DNA of 56,950 nucleotides, filler included, from Sluysia triapertura (GCA_046118255.1; 4 parts of 4 records of this genome joined end to end with filler, not necessarily neighbours in it), one strand, 5' to 3'; counted from the whole stretch's first letter, positions 39,002-51,973 are shown. The notes: generated by a model not told the origin, from the letters alone. Made by a program: numbers and translations.

Positions 39002-41256
39002 TAAGCCTAATTCGTTAGCTCGTTAATAATTCTTTGTCAACTGTTAATGTAGTAAATAATATTCTGTAATACAAATTTCGCAAGCATAGATAATGTTAAG
39101 TAAATACTTTGTTTTTATTTTGATTTACAGTGAAAAATATCTCCTTACATCGTATTTTTATTCTATAATCGATTTATTATTATAATTATTCTATTCTCTA
39201 ATTAAATGTATTTATATAATCTTATTCTATATATTTTTGTAATTATATAGTCCATTTCTTCTATATAATTGTCGCCCGTATTTTATATTGTAGGTCTATT
39301 CTAATATTTACATCCTCAGTGTGTGGACTTCAACTTTCCTGGCTAATTAAGTATGATACGCTACTCTTAAGATCATTAAAATTCTGAAAAATTTATTAGA
39401 ATCGTCACAGGTACAACAGGACCCAAAGAGCCGACGAATAAATATTGATGTATGATGACGATATTCTTATAATCGTTTTCTAATCCATGAATTTGCTGTT
39501 TGGTTTTTATTTTATATATACTTTTTGAATATACGACTAGTTACGGTTCTGAATTGTACTATTCGTTACAAATAAATTGAAATAGCATTAAATATTTTGG
39601 TAGAAGATCTCATATAACACCTTATCTTAAAGAATTACATTGGTTGCCAATAAAAGAAATTATAGAATTCAAAATCATGACAATAATTTACAAATGCTTA
39701 CATTATGGAAGTCCTGAATATCTTTTAGAAATAATACGAAAATTGGAATATTTCATTGAGACATAATAATAATAATCTATACAGAATCCGCAGTGATAAT
39801 AAGCTAGATGATAGGTTGTATACCGTTTCAAAAATATACAACCATTTACCAGAGAATGTCAAATTGCTGGAAGATTATGAAATATTTAAGAAAAAAGCAA
39901 AGGTCTTTCTGTTTCAGAAATATTATTGTGAATGATTTACCTTAAGCGCTTATGAGTACTTAGGCAGTAAATATGAGCGCAATATAAATTAATATATTAT
40001 TAGTATTATTAATAATAAAATATATTCCAATAATAATTATTATGATTATTAATATTCTTTAAAAATATTTAATTAATAGTTATTAATTAATATTTTATAA
40101 TTTATAATACATAATTTGATAAATTTTATTGGTTGAAAAAGATATCCTAAAATATACAATGAAATAGCTTTCTTTTAAAAAGATAATAATTTTACTAATA
40201 AACTATTCGTCGTTATTTATTTAATTAAATGATTCTACACTATTACTATCAACTGATGCAACAGACAAATTATTAGTCAATACTTATTAGATTTAAATAA
40301 TATCTTTATTTTAATTTGATCATAATACTTTTAATATATTACTGAAAGAAAATATTGTACTCACAGAAACAAAACCAAACATACAAAATATATCAAAACA
40401 GATGCAATTAAGCAAACAATACACGATGTGTAATTTCTGCAATAATAAATTATAATAATGCTTACACCACTTCATCACAGTTCATGTCCAAAACTGGTAA
40501 AATATTTTCCTAATAAAAAATACGACTAAGATTAAATGCACACGATCCAAATATTATTACAATGAATTCTTTAATAAGCATTACTTTACCTTGTGACAAT
40601 ATAAACATTTAGATGGGAAATCTTTGTTTCATACACGATAACAATGATTAAATTAAACAAATGAATCATTAATTTTTTTACAGGTGCAGAAAAGATCATT
40701 CTGAACTAGATTCTGAACCGATCTTCAAATGTACTTTTAAAAACTACTTAAAACTTTTTCTTTCAATTTGATACAATGAAAAATTTAATTAATGAACTAC
40801 TTTAAAACAATATGATACAGAAAGGCAGACTCTCTTATTCGATGATTGCCTGTTTTACTCCACCCGAATAATATACATTTTTTATTATTCTTCTAAAATT
40901 TTACAAAACTTATGTTCTCTTATATGTAACCCTGTTGATTTAAAAGATAAGTGACAAAGATTGAACTGAAAAGTGTAACTTAATTAAATTCGTTCGAAAA
41001 TTAATAATAATTTAGTTTAAAAAATTAAAAATATTTTACAATCTTATAAAAATTAAAATATGTATATAAATATAAATAGAATAATCAGTCAAAATAAATT
41101 GTTTGTGCACTGATTCAGATGCACTTAGTTAATTTAATATATTTGTCTTAAAAGTGAGACATTACTGATAAATAGAAGACGCAATGATATTGTAAGTGTC
41201 TTAATATTTTTATATCTTAAAATGTTAATGAAATTAACAAAATAAAATTTAAAAAC

Positions 41257-41728
41257 CTGGAATAGCTCCATTTGCACGCATATAATCTAAACCTATATCA
41301 TCTATACCTAGACCGCTACGCCTATTATAATAAGGATGATAATGATAAGGATGATTACAGAGATGATAACAATTATTATTTGAACAAAAATTTAACTGTG
41401 ACGAATGATGTTTTCGAGTTTGAACAGCAATATTTGACGACAATGGTACAGTTTTCGAATAATTATCCGAAGTTTTCGATGTTCTATATAATTCTGAAGT
41501 AGATAGATTTAAAGGTAAATGTGATTGACAGAATGTTTCACTAAGCCGTCTTAAATTACTTTCGGTATTTGGTGACGGTAAATGCAACTTTAAAGTTTTA
41601 TTATTCGTTGAAGTTTTTGATGGCAACGATTTTAATTCGAATGTATCATCATTTTGTGATTGTAATAATAAATGTTTCTTCTCATCTTCATTCATAGACC
41701 ACTGACGCCAAGTTGTACTATTATCCAT
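41257..41728 (-). CDS. 5' coding exon, probably the N-terminus of a small-conductance Ca2+-activated K+ (SK/KCNN) channel
   Basis: Open frame from ATG, low-complexity N-terminus ending GIDDIGLDYMRANGAIP, then G|gttttt donor. Resembles the invertebrate SK N-terminal motif as recalled (GIGIA.D.LRING.I); no pore exons found in this contig. Confidence 0.5.
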
Positions 41729-42561
41729 AAGTAATAATATTAAATTAATGTTTCATGTAAACACAATCATATTTCCGACAAAACGATATCACATTACGTA
41801 ATTTAAATTTAAAATATATCAAATTAAATTACTAAATTTATGACTCATACACCATAAACCAGCACTGAGTGATTTTGTTGTTTTCTCTCGTCGTTAATGC
41901 TTGTAATTAACAACCGAATGACACGACAATATACAAGCTATCTCAATTTTGGTTTGTGACTGTTCTAAACCAATCAAATTAATATTCCTTATATACATAT
42001 AATTTAAAAATATGCATATATAAACAAAATTATTCATGTGGATTTGATGGATATTTCTTCCAATATTATTGAACTTATTAGATATCGCGAGAGTGTGTAT
42101 ACAAACAGTTTATACTTTTATTTTTAATAGAACCTATATATTTAATAAAACATATTATATTTTATAGATTAATCCTTTATAACAAAATGGTATGTTTTTG
42201 AAAGATACCTTATTATATGTATATATACTCAATATAATATATAAATTATATTACAAATGTACTACGTTTAACACTAATTAATATATAAATATTTACATTC
42301 ATAAAAATCGTTCATACAACATGATTAATTCACACAGTATACGTATATAAGTGGTACATACACATACAATGATTCCTGGACTTATTTTTAGGTGGACATT
42401 TTATAATATACATTTGTTACTATTTTTAATTGATTTTAATTCATTTTAACCTTTACTGCATGTAGAATGAATTAACTTAACCTTGTTTGTGGTTATTTTC
42501 TATTTGACCTGTTTAATTTACGTCATCTTTTTATTTATATCTAAAACTACTTTTAATTTCG

Positions 42562-42564
<3 letters not shown>

Positions 42565-42640
<76 letters not shown>
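42565..42640. repeat. (TTA)n microsatellite
   Basis: Perfect run; it produces the poly-Leu ORF. Confidence 0.97.
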
Positions 42641-42987
42641 TCTGACAATAATGAATAATTTAAAAAATGTTATTTATTACCTACTTGAAATTAAAAGTAG
42701 AATACTAATTTATTTTTTAATTTGTACTTTATGTTCACTATATAAATAGTTCATTAAATAACAAACATATTAAATAAATATTTTTCCATGTAATTTTTTT
42801 TTGTTGTGACATTTTATAGGAAACATGTTTTCCGTAATTTTTTTTATTGATTAGTTACTTGTTTTAATTCATTTAATTTGTAAAGTGCTGCGTCTTTTAT
42901 AGTATTATTAATTAATTTAATTAAATATATATGAAATAATTCCACGGAAAGAATGGACACGGAAACTCACGTAACTTATTACTACCG

Positions 42988-43355
42988 GATCTAATTATAA
43001 AGAATTATTTCCATTGTATACCTAAAATAAGTATTGAGAAAATTTCAAATTTTAGAGGCAAAAATATGAGTTATATAAATATATGCATCAATTTAGAGAA
43101 AATATTACATTTTAGAAGTTTTACTGTACAATTTCTACTAGGAAGTTAAAATGAAACATTTTGTGCGAAAATCCAATTGAAATTTTAAATTTGGTAAGCG
43201 AAATTTTCATTTTACATCAAAAATAAACACAAAGAGACAGCTTCAAATTGCAGCAAGATCAACTTACAGAAGGATAATAATGTATTTCGTTCTAAATGCA
43301 AGAAAAATGTATTTTTAAATTTTATTCTTGCTAAAGTATTGTTCTAAAATAAAAA
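42988..43355 (-). repeat. Inverted copy of the 36560-36925 repeat
   Basis: Reverse-complement match over several hundred bp. Confidence 0.9.
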
Positions 43356-43554
43356 TAAATAAGTTTTATTCTTATATTTTGTGTATCACAGTAGAAATTT
43401 ATTAATTTTCAGCTTTTTACGCGCAATTTTCTAATAGAAATTGATTAAGTTTCTTATTTTCAAAAAGGTAAATTTGACTTTGTATCGTTGTGGTAAAAGT
43501 CCTAAAAGTGCCATGATGGTAATATTGACTATACTAAAATAAAATTGTTAGATG

Positions 43555-43626
43555 AGGCTGATAGCTCAGTGGTAGAGCATCGAACTGCGCAGCTAGAGGT
43601 CCCGGGTTCGATCCCCGATCAGTCCG
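43555..43626 (+). mobile_element. tRNA-derived SINE head / tRNA pseudogene
   Basis: A box TAGCTCAGTGGTAGAGC and B box GGTTCGATCCC; acceptor stem partly paired; anticodon stem (TCGAA/GCTAG) does not pair. The 3' flank is shared with a second copy at 44455-44512(-). Confidence 0.8.
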
Positions 43627-44454
43627 TTTTACGAAGTCTAAAAGTATCTTTATGGGAATATCTCGCAACAACAAATAAACACGAGTCACAATTTTGTTAC
43701 GTCATTCCACATTCAAAAGGTATTTATAAAAGCATATTTTTGTTTAACTAAATTAATTAGGATATTAATGTATTTTAGACTTTATCCTATTTTATGCTTA
43801 AAGATTCTTTTAAGGTTCTAAAAAATTTTTTACTCCAAGGGTTCTTGATGCCTTCATCTTCTTATTCAATTTGTTTATGCTAACTATTAATATACCACAG
43901 ATATTTTAAAGATATCAAATATTTTATAGGATTACCCAACGGTCTTAAATGCTTTTCAATGCTTCAAAAATCCTTAAATGTTTTTAAGATATTAATTGGT
44001 CTCAAGATGATCTCCAATGATTCAAGCTATTTAACAACGTACAAGGGTCTTTGGAACTTCAAGTTACTCCTCCATACTCAAAAGGACTAATAATATTTTG
44101 TGTAAGTAATATATTTGGAATTTCTTTTGCAGAGTTTTGTAAACAAATTATATTTTTGTGCAAAATTTTCTCTAGGTCTATGGAAAAATAAATTTCATCA
44201 GGGTCCACTTACAACGGACACGTAATTTTGACTTTTAATATCTTGCTCTTTAAATTACTTTTCCTACCTTAATTTATGTATAATTACATTATCAGAGGGC
44301 CTTTATAAAAAACTTTACTTGTATAATGCAGTAATATTTAATGTAAACTTCTTAAATGGAAATATCTGATATAATTTATGCACATTTTGAAGATTTTGAA
44401 GTCAATGCAACTGTTTCAGTATTTCACACAATTGATTAAAAACAACTCGACTAT

Positions 44455-44512
44455 TACTAATAAATACTTATGATAGACCTCATAAAATGGACTGACCGGG
44501 AATCGAGCCCCA
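44455..44512 (-). mobile_element. Truncated second copy of the tRNA-derived SINE
   Basis: Reverse complement ggggctcgattcccggtcagtccattttatgaggtcta vs cgggttcgatccccgatcagtccgttttacgaagtcta. Confidence 0.7.
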
Positions 44513-45411
44513 TCTAACAATTTTAGATTATCATTATTCTATCATTATTCTATGACACTTTAGGCCTGTATCCCAACAGTAGTATTTTCATTTCTTTTTC
44601 AGAAAATCATTTTTCTTCCTCAAAACTCACTTTCTTTTACATAAATGGCAGAATTTTAAGAGTTGTGATGACAAAATATTGAAAATACTGAATTTTAAGA
44701 TTATTTAAGGAATTTTGAAAAATATATAAGTAATATATTACTTATATAGAATTAGTGTTATATATATAAAATTATGCATCTATTGACACTGAAGTTAATT
44801 CCTTAAGTCATCTTACTTCACGAGCTAGTGAGTTTTGCTTTGGTGGAGATGTCCAGGTACCTATTTTAACACTAAATACCAAACGAGTGTTTTTAGTTTT
44901 TACTATTTTATGTGACTTAATTTTATATATAATTTTATATATGTATATAGATATACAGCAAACCTTGTGACGTTTCGTGTTAATTATGTACTTTCGTTGA
45001 ATTTTATGAGTGCAAATGATTAATATTGGATTTAATCAACATATAAATAACTTTATATTCGTTAGTTTAAGAAGTTTTGAATATGATTATTAAAGTTTAT
45101 TAGTAACTTTAATACTTAGGTTATTATTCTTTAATGATTATTTTCAAAAAAACTCAATATTTGTTTAAATGAATGAGTAACCAATTTTAGTTTAATTACG
45201 TATGACCTAGAAATAATAAATTAAATAAAATCGATTCATTACTGCTACAAAAGTGACAACAAACAAAAAATAATCAGCAATATTTTTAATATTTACCATA
45301 AAGTTTCATAAAAATTATTCAATCGATAAAGAATTAAAAATAATTTTTTATCATCAAATATATAATGCATTTAACTGTAGAACCTATTGAATTTCATTTT
45401 CTTCATTATAT

Positions 45412-45511
45412 NNNNNNNNNNNNNNNNNNNNNNNNNNNNNNNNNNNNNNNNNNNNTTAATTAATTAANNNNNNNNNNNNNNNNNNNNNNNNNNNNNNNNN
45501 NNNNNNNNNNN
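45412..45511. other. Artificial 100-bp contig spacer
   Basis: 44N-TTAATTAATTAA-44N. Confidence 0.95.
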
Positions 45512-45846
45512 ATTTTTTCCAGTTTTAGCGATGAATAAAGAAATTTGATAACTAGCCTCAAGAACACGATTATTGGTTGAAGTATGGGCAGTAAATAGCG
45601 ACTTTATTGTTGTTCTTTTTTCAAAGTTTTCCTTCAATGTTTTAAAGTAACTCAAATCTGAATTAATATGAGCACTATGTTTCGACTTTAAATGCGCCTC
45701 AAGACGACCTCGTTTCATTGATTCGTTACTCAAGCATTGCTGGCATAAAGACAAAAAGGAATCCGCCCATCTTGAACAGCATGTATGAACCAAATATTAA
45801 ATATTGACGAATATTGACGAGTATTTTTCTTGCTTACACTGTTCAT
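45512..45846 (-). mobile_element. Buster-type hAT transposase N-terminus (BED finger), frameshifted and cut by the gap
   Basis: MNSVSKKNTRQYS...RIPFCL/LCQQCLSNESMKRGRLEAHLKSKH...LEASYQISLFIAKTGK matches the ZBED5/SCAND3/Buster pattern; GC-richer subterminal-like sequence extends to about 46300. Confidence 0.9.
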
Positions 45847-47098
45847 TTTACCATGGGCTATAAGAAATAAAAATAAAGTCAATAAAAAATATTATTAAAA
45901 TATGTGTTAGAATTAATTCACTGTGACATAGAGCAAATGTATAGTAAAAATGCATATTTATTTAAATGTATATAACCCATTTACTACACTGTCACCGCAA
46001 ATCAAAAGTACCTATTTGAAAAAATTGTCCGCAAAGTTATGCTTCTAAAATTAAAATAAATAAAAATACCTACCAATTATATCTGTATAATAAATATGTA
46101 TATTTATAAAAACAACGCGCTTCTACTACACTTGTGACGGTCACATATTTCAGATTAACACCAACTGAATGATGTGAAACACTACATGTGTTGCTACGGG
46201 CCAATTAGGTGCGAACAACTGCGTTGTTTAGCAAATTTCCTGACTGGCCTGGGTTCTGCACACTCCGCGGTGAACCTCGGATCAAGTGTATTCGACGGCG
46301 GCAATCATCCAGTTGATATTTTGGTCTCGTAAAACGAAATTACATCTGATAATTACTTAAGAATTTGCTTTTTTGTTAAATTTGGCACCAATATCTAGTG
46401 TTCAGATTTTAACCTTAAAAACCTAACAATTATGGATTTATTCTTATCGGGTTCGCCTATAATTTAAGCTTTATTTCCAACGGAAGACTTAATTATAGGT
46501 AATTAGAAATTTGCTACGAAAAGTATTCCTTATTCTTTAGTCTTAGACAGAGGGCCTTCTTAATTACACTTGCTACCTCTAAAATGGATTTAACTAAGAT
46601 TTATCCTTTAAAAATAAAACAACAAACTAATGATACACGTAGTATCCTATGAAAATTTATGAAAATTAGTAACAAAATCGTAATTACAAAACTATATCGA
46701 TATACAAAAAAAATCAAATTAATAAATTATTGTACCAAAATAATAATAATATTCAAGAAGACTTTTATCTTTTATATTAATTATATAATTCTTTATTTGA
46801 AATTCATTAATTTGAAATTTAACGTTGTTAAATAATTTTAATTTTATGACTTGAATAAAAAATAATATAAACATCGAATTGTATATATTTATGTAAAATC
46901 TAAAATTAATGACAATGTTATAATGATTATAGAGCATGCTCCATTTCGTATATACCGCCATGTTTTCTTCTGGTTGTAGTATCCAAAAACAAAAAAATGA
47001 AGATTAGTCGATAATTGAATATAAAAATCCCTAATTACTTTGATGTTTTTGTCTTTTACTTCTTCATTGGAATGTGCTACCCTGCGAACTTCATGATA

Positions 47099-47400
47099 CT
47101 AACTATTACATGTTGAGATGTTGGTTGTATTGTCGAAGAGTACTGTTCTCATGAGGTTCTGCATACGCTCGTGATGTTCATTGTATCGCGATATATTAGT
47201 GCCGGCATGACTTATTTGATACACAGTATGGTAGAATTGACAAGCTAAACCAAATTTGATGCATCGTCCTGTGTCACTGGATTGAAATGGACATTGTAAA
47301 ATTCTAATTGGATTCTGAATTGCTTGAATTGAATTGAAATTGTTCATTGACATAGTTTTAGATAAATTACTTGTGATCATGCTACTGTTAGCTTCCTCAA
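47099..47400 (-). pseudogene. CCCH zinc-finger tail of cassette copy 2
   Basis: CPFQSSDTGRCIKFGLACQFYH is C-x9-C-x6-C-x3-H, in frame with the Cyclin C C-terminal remnant. Confidence 0.75.
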
Positions 47401-48152
47401 TGTTTCTAGGAATGGTGATTGGGAAGTATATTCGTGACTTCATCCTAAACATGAAATGGAACTGCTTTCATATATAGTATATATTCGATATATTTTCAAT
47501 TAATCTTGCATCATTTGTCAATATAGCTTTATTGTTGGATCTGCACACGCCAAGTTGTGTTGTCATTAATAACTTTATCATATCTCTTGTTATTCTTTTA
47601 TTTACAACTAATATAACATTGTGTTGCTTATCAACTGACAACATGGATCAATTAACTTCTTTCCCAGAGTGATTGATAGTTTGTGTTACATTACTTATAA
47701 TTAATATATAATTATCATGATAATTTTTCTCATCTAATAAAATGCCATGTATACTAATGATTCCTTCGTCCAATACGAATTGATCAAACTCTTGTGTACT
47801 TTACCGTCAACGTTATTGTAAGTTTGTGAAAAATTCTTTTGAGGGATCAAATTAAACTCTTCACTTTTAAGTACAAAGAATGTTATAGGTGCTAGTGGCC
47901 ATGGATCTCTGTAATTTAAGAAATACAATGCATGAAATCTATTAAAATGCGTCATTGCTGCTATTATAACTTGTTGTCGAACACTAAGTCGTTGATCAAT
48001 GTAAAATTATCGTCATTAAAAAATAGCATCGATTCTTGATATTCATTTGCATTATCCAATTTATCATTATCGTTTTGACGATTCTTCAACACATTTTGTT
48101 TATCAAGTAACCATTCTAAATAATGAGAATTACTCCAAAATTTGTAAGCCAT
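47400..48152 (-). pseudogene. CCNC: Intronless degenerate Cyclin C copy
   Basis: MAYKFWSNSHYLEWLLDKQNVLKNRQND matches Cyclin C MAGNFWQSSHYLQWILDKQDLLKERQKD. HFNRFHALYFLNYRDPWPLAPITFFVLKSEEF matches YFKRFYARYSLKSIDPVLMAPTCVFLASKVEEF. IYYI*KQF matches LYEQWKNF. Stops and frameshifts present; no introns evident. Confidence 0.9.
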
Positions 48153-48299
48153 TTAGAAAATCTTTTAATACGAAATAACTAAAAATTTAAGTTTTATAAA
48201 CTTTTTAATGTAATGATAAAATTTTCTACGATTAGCTCAATTTTTTAACACAATTATTTTTTAAAACTAGTTAATTTTTAGTCTGTCCAATTATGTTTT

Positions 48300-49316
48300 T
48301 GAATTTTAGATATAATGTTATAAATAGAATATCCAATAGAATTTCTTTTGAATCTTTTTAGTTTTATCGTGATATCTTTGATGATTGGATATTTACTAAA
48401 ATTAGTGAGAACAAATGTAGAAAGATTTTGTTGATTGGACATTCAATCAAAGCGTAACACCATTTATGAAATTGATTGAATGCCCAATCACAAAACAAAA
48501 ATTAATTTGTAGAGCAATAAATTTATGGTACTTTATAATGTATGCTTGTCACCATAAAGTTTGTAAAATTGATTAAATTATAATTAAAAATGATGACAGA
48601 CAAATGTATTTTGACCTTTTAAGTAGTTACCACGACATGGTATTACTACAATTGATAAAAGTAATGACAATGGAATAAAATGTGGATAATATTGATTTTA
48701 TGATGATAATATTATTATTATTAAAATTAAAATGCACGAATTTCTTGCTCTACCTACACAATCTTTCTTAGCATAAAAATAACTAGAACTCTTTTCTTTC
48801 TTGAAATGATTTGAAAATATATACTTATTAATATTCTTACGATCTTTTTACAAACAAAAAAAAGGCTTGTGTGGTAATGACGAAAATTGAAGTGTGAAAA
48901 GAATTGGTGAAAGAATGTTGAAAATGAATAATACATACCCAAGAAATCTATTTTGATCATAATGTTTTGAAATGATCTATGGGATGTGAATTTGACGCTG
49001 AGGATGATATTAATGATTGGATATAGAAGGATTGTGAACTTAAAATTATTTAGATAGATTTTGAGGTTTTTCTTTAATACTTTATAATATAAATTGTGAT
49101 TTTGATATTGTGAGGTAACAATGTTTTAAATGAGATCTGAATGTACCTTAATGGTTTGAATGTAAGTATGATTTTGATGTTAAAATAGTGAATTTAAAGT
49201 GTTTTAAATATGTCGAAAGGTTTTAGCGAATGTGAGAAGAAAGTAGGTGTAAAATGTTAATGAATATAAAAATGCGATTGAAATGATTATTTAAATTTTA
49301 ATCTGGAGTTGGCCAC
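48300..49316 (-). mobile_element. Cargo-cassette copy 2, 5' framework
   Basis: Minus strand starts gtggccaactcc; CA-rich tract; then atggtgacaagcatacatt, gattgggcattcaatc, gattgaatgtccaatc and tccaatcatcaaagatatcac; the Cyclin C ATG lies about 200 bp downstream of the last box. Confidence 0.7.

Positions 49317-49373
<57 letters not shown>
49317..49373. repeat. (AAT)n microsatellite
   Basis: Perfect run abutting the start of cassette copy 2. Confidence 0.95.
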
Positions 49374-49849
49374 TTAATAATAATTATTGTTTAATTCTGT
49401 TTTAATAATGACCACATAAAAATTTGATATAAAAATGTGACTACTACTACTACTATTATTATTATTATTAGTAGTACGTCGTGTTTGATAAATAAAGAAT
49501 CTTATGAAGAGAGACAGTTCTAATTGTAATCAGGAAATTGTTTCTTTTTTTGTGTTTTGATGATTTCGCCTTATGTACACATCGTGTAAAATCAAAATTT
49601 AAGGAAAAAGTAAAAAAAATAAAATGTAGTTACATAAAAGTAGTAAATGAATGAAGCAAAAAAAGAAACAAACCGGCAAAATTGTTTATGATAATTAAAA
49701 ATAAATCCAAAGAAAGTAGAAGTCTATGTATTTTTTTGAGAAAAATTAAATTAAGATATGCTTTATTGTATTTATAATTTTAAATCTTCAATTAGTATAA
49801 ATCATACGAACAATTTTGAATAATTTATTAACAAAAAACCAAAATAACT

Positions 49850-50695
49850 TCTTTGTTCATAGATATTTTGTCCGACAAAAATTGTACTGCGTCACAATGT
49901 GGTCTGTTTGTTGTACAGGCTTTTCAGTAATTCATTGAAAACATTTTCGAGGCTGATTAAAATTCGAGTACGTAATCATCCAAATTAAAATACACACTTA
50001 ATAATTAATCTTGTGTGCCGATAATTTAAACGTTACTTAAACAATGACTAATCACAAGGCATTTATAATTTTCATAATTTGATTTGTTGTGAGCATCATT
50101 GTGTGTGTGTGTGTGTGCAATATGTACTTTATTTTTTCTGTACCACTTATTCGGAATTAAATGATAATAAATGGATAATTGTACGAAAGAACTTTTGAAT
50201 TACTTATAACAATAACTAACAAACAGATATTTCTGCTTCCAGTTGATCCACAAGTACAGAATCTGGACAACAGAGATTGTAACTGCTTTGTCCAGGTGCT
50301 GATATGCGTGTTGCTCCTGGTTTAAGAACTGAGTAACGATACATGATTGTATAACCATGGCAAATTTCTGTAGAGGTCTTTCCGCGAAACTGTTCTATCA
50401 ATTCAACCAATGAATTGTAAGTACATGGTTCTCGCCAACCGAATTTTGAACCATCCGAAGACGTAATTATTCGGACATGTCTGGTATTTCCTTTATGGCT
50501 AAAATTGATAACAATTAAAATTTTTATTTTATTTTTACTAAGACAAACAAATAAATATCTAATTTTTATTTGAAGTAAGTTACTAAGTGTTCTCAGAAAA
50601 TCAATATGGACTTTAACAGACTCATTTTCTATTCTGACTTGTGCTTCATGGGATAAACGCGTTTCTTTATTAATTTCATGATGATCCATCTTCAA
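49850..50695 (-). pseudogene. PI3K regulatory subunit (p85-like) SH2/coiled-coil exon fragments
   Basis: Exon 50225-50498: KGNTRHVRIITSSDGSKFGWREPCTYNSLVELIEQFRGKT...IMYRYSV matches p85 SH2 [35 protein letters not shown]...KLLYPV. It is flanked by GTTTGT/AG introns with incompatible phases, and the FLVR half of the SH2 is missing. Confidence 0.65.
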
Positions 50696-51973
50696 GTGCT
50701 TGTGGAAAATTTAAGAATATATTGAATGATTAAGTACTTATGGACAAACTAATCTTATATGAAAAAAGGGACAATTCTATGAAATTAACTATGGTTGATC
50801 TTAACTACAGAGAATTAGTAGGGAATGAAATAAGGAATTTAATGGCCACGGTATAGTACTATATAAAATACTATAGAAATCATTGAACGGATTTTCTTGA
50901 AAATACAAGTTCCTACAAGTACGTCTATAGAGAATGTCATATAACCTAATGGTTTTATTAGTGCTAATTTTAATTTATCTTGCTGTAGCTAATCGAATTT
51001 GAGGATAATTGCTAATACCTTAATCAACCTTATAATGCGACTTTCCTTATGTAAGATTGTTTAATATTACTAGTTAATTTCGATTATTAAATCACAAGTA
51101 ATATTAATCTATACTATTTTCTTTGTTAATCGAAAACAGTGACATTAAAGAGAGGTTTTCATTCTTTACAAATCAGGATGTGACCACAATTAAATGAAAG
51201 AATAATATTATAAAGATTTTGAAGGTAGTTTTAAACTATCGCAAAGAGATGTCAAGATACAAGAAATTCGAGTTTGTTTTCAATTTAGAATTAAAATTCT
51301 GTTTCGCCTATAATGAACCTCAAAGAGAGACGAACCTATAGGATTCACTAGATCAAGGTCTATGAACAATTAGTATTTTATTATTCGTTAATTCTTCTCG
51401 TAATAACTCTAATATTTTGATTGTAAATTTGTTTTGAAATTGAAAATATAAAATTTGAAAATTTGCAATTTTAACAATTAATTATTAGTATTAAATTATT
51501 TTATTGAAATTATTATTGTAAAATAAAAAATTATTAAATTATTTTATTATTTTTATTGAAATAATATTATTGTATTGATTATAAAAAAAATATTATTATT
51601 TAGAAATTATTTTATTTGTTTAAATTACTAAAACCCTTAATCTAAAAATAATTTTACTAAAATTAGATATTTGAAACTTATAAATAGTGACGAAACATGA
51701 ATACCAAACATAAACTTTAAATTTTGAACTTTAGTGATTTACAAATATTGTATTTTGGTTAATTATTTATTAATTACAAGAAGTTATTTAAGTTTATACA
51801 AAGATTCAGTTATATTGAATTGCTCGAAACAAAATAAATTTTTTACAGAAAGACTAAACTGATCGTTAGTTTTTATTCGTTAACTAACGATAACTAAATA
51901 ACTAAAATAAATTAATCATAACATTAAATTAAAATAGTAAAGTTTGCTTACCACATAACTTAATTCTACTATG

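Noticed and set aside
40365-40710. Two candidate minus-strand exons giving IIVIVYETKISH...CLIASVLIYFVCLVLF, superficially like SK S1-S2
   Set aside because: Lacks the highly conserved KRKR.SDYAL and AYH residues; hydrophobicity is expected in T-rich DNA.
42483-42749. Poly-Leu ORF
   Set aside because: (TTA)n microsatellite.
43555-43626. Functional tRNA-Arg(GCG) gene
   Set aside because: Anticodon stem unpaired, mismatches at the acceptor and T stems, and the flank is shared with a second partial copy.
49300-49316. TGGCCAACTCC as a retroviral primer-binding site
   Set aside because: No recognisable tRNA 3' complement and no LTR ending in CA directly upstream; left open.
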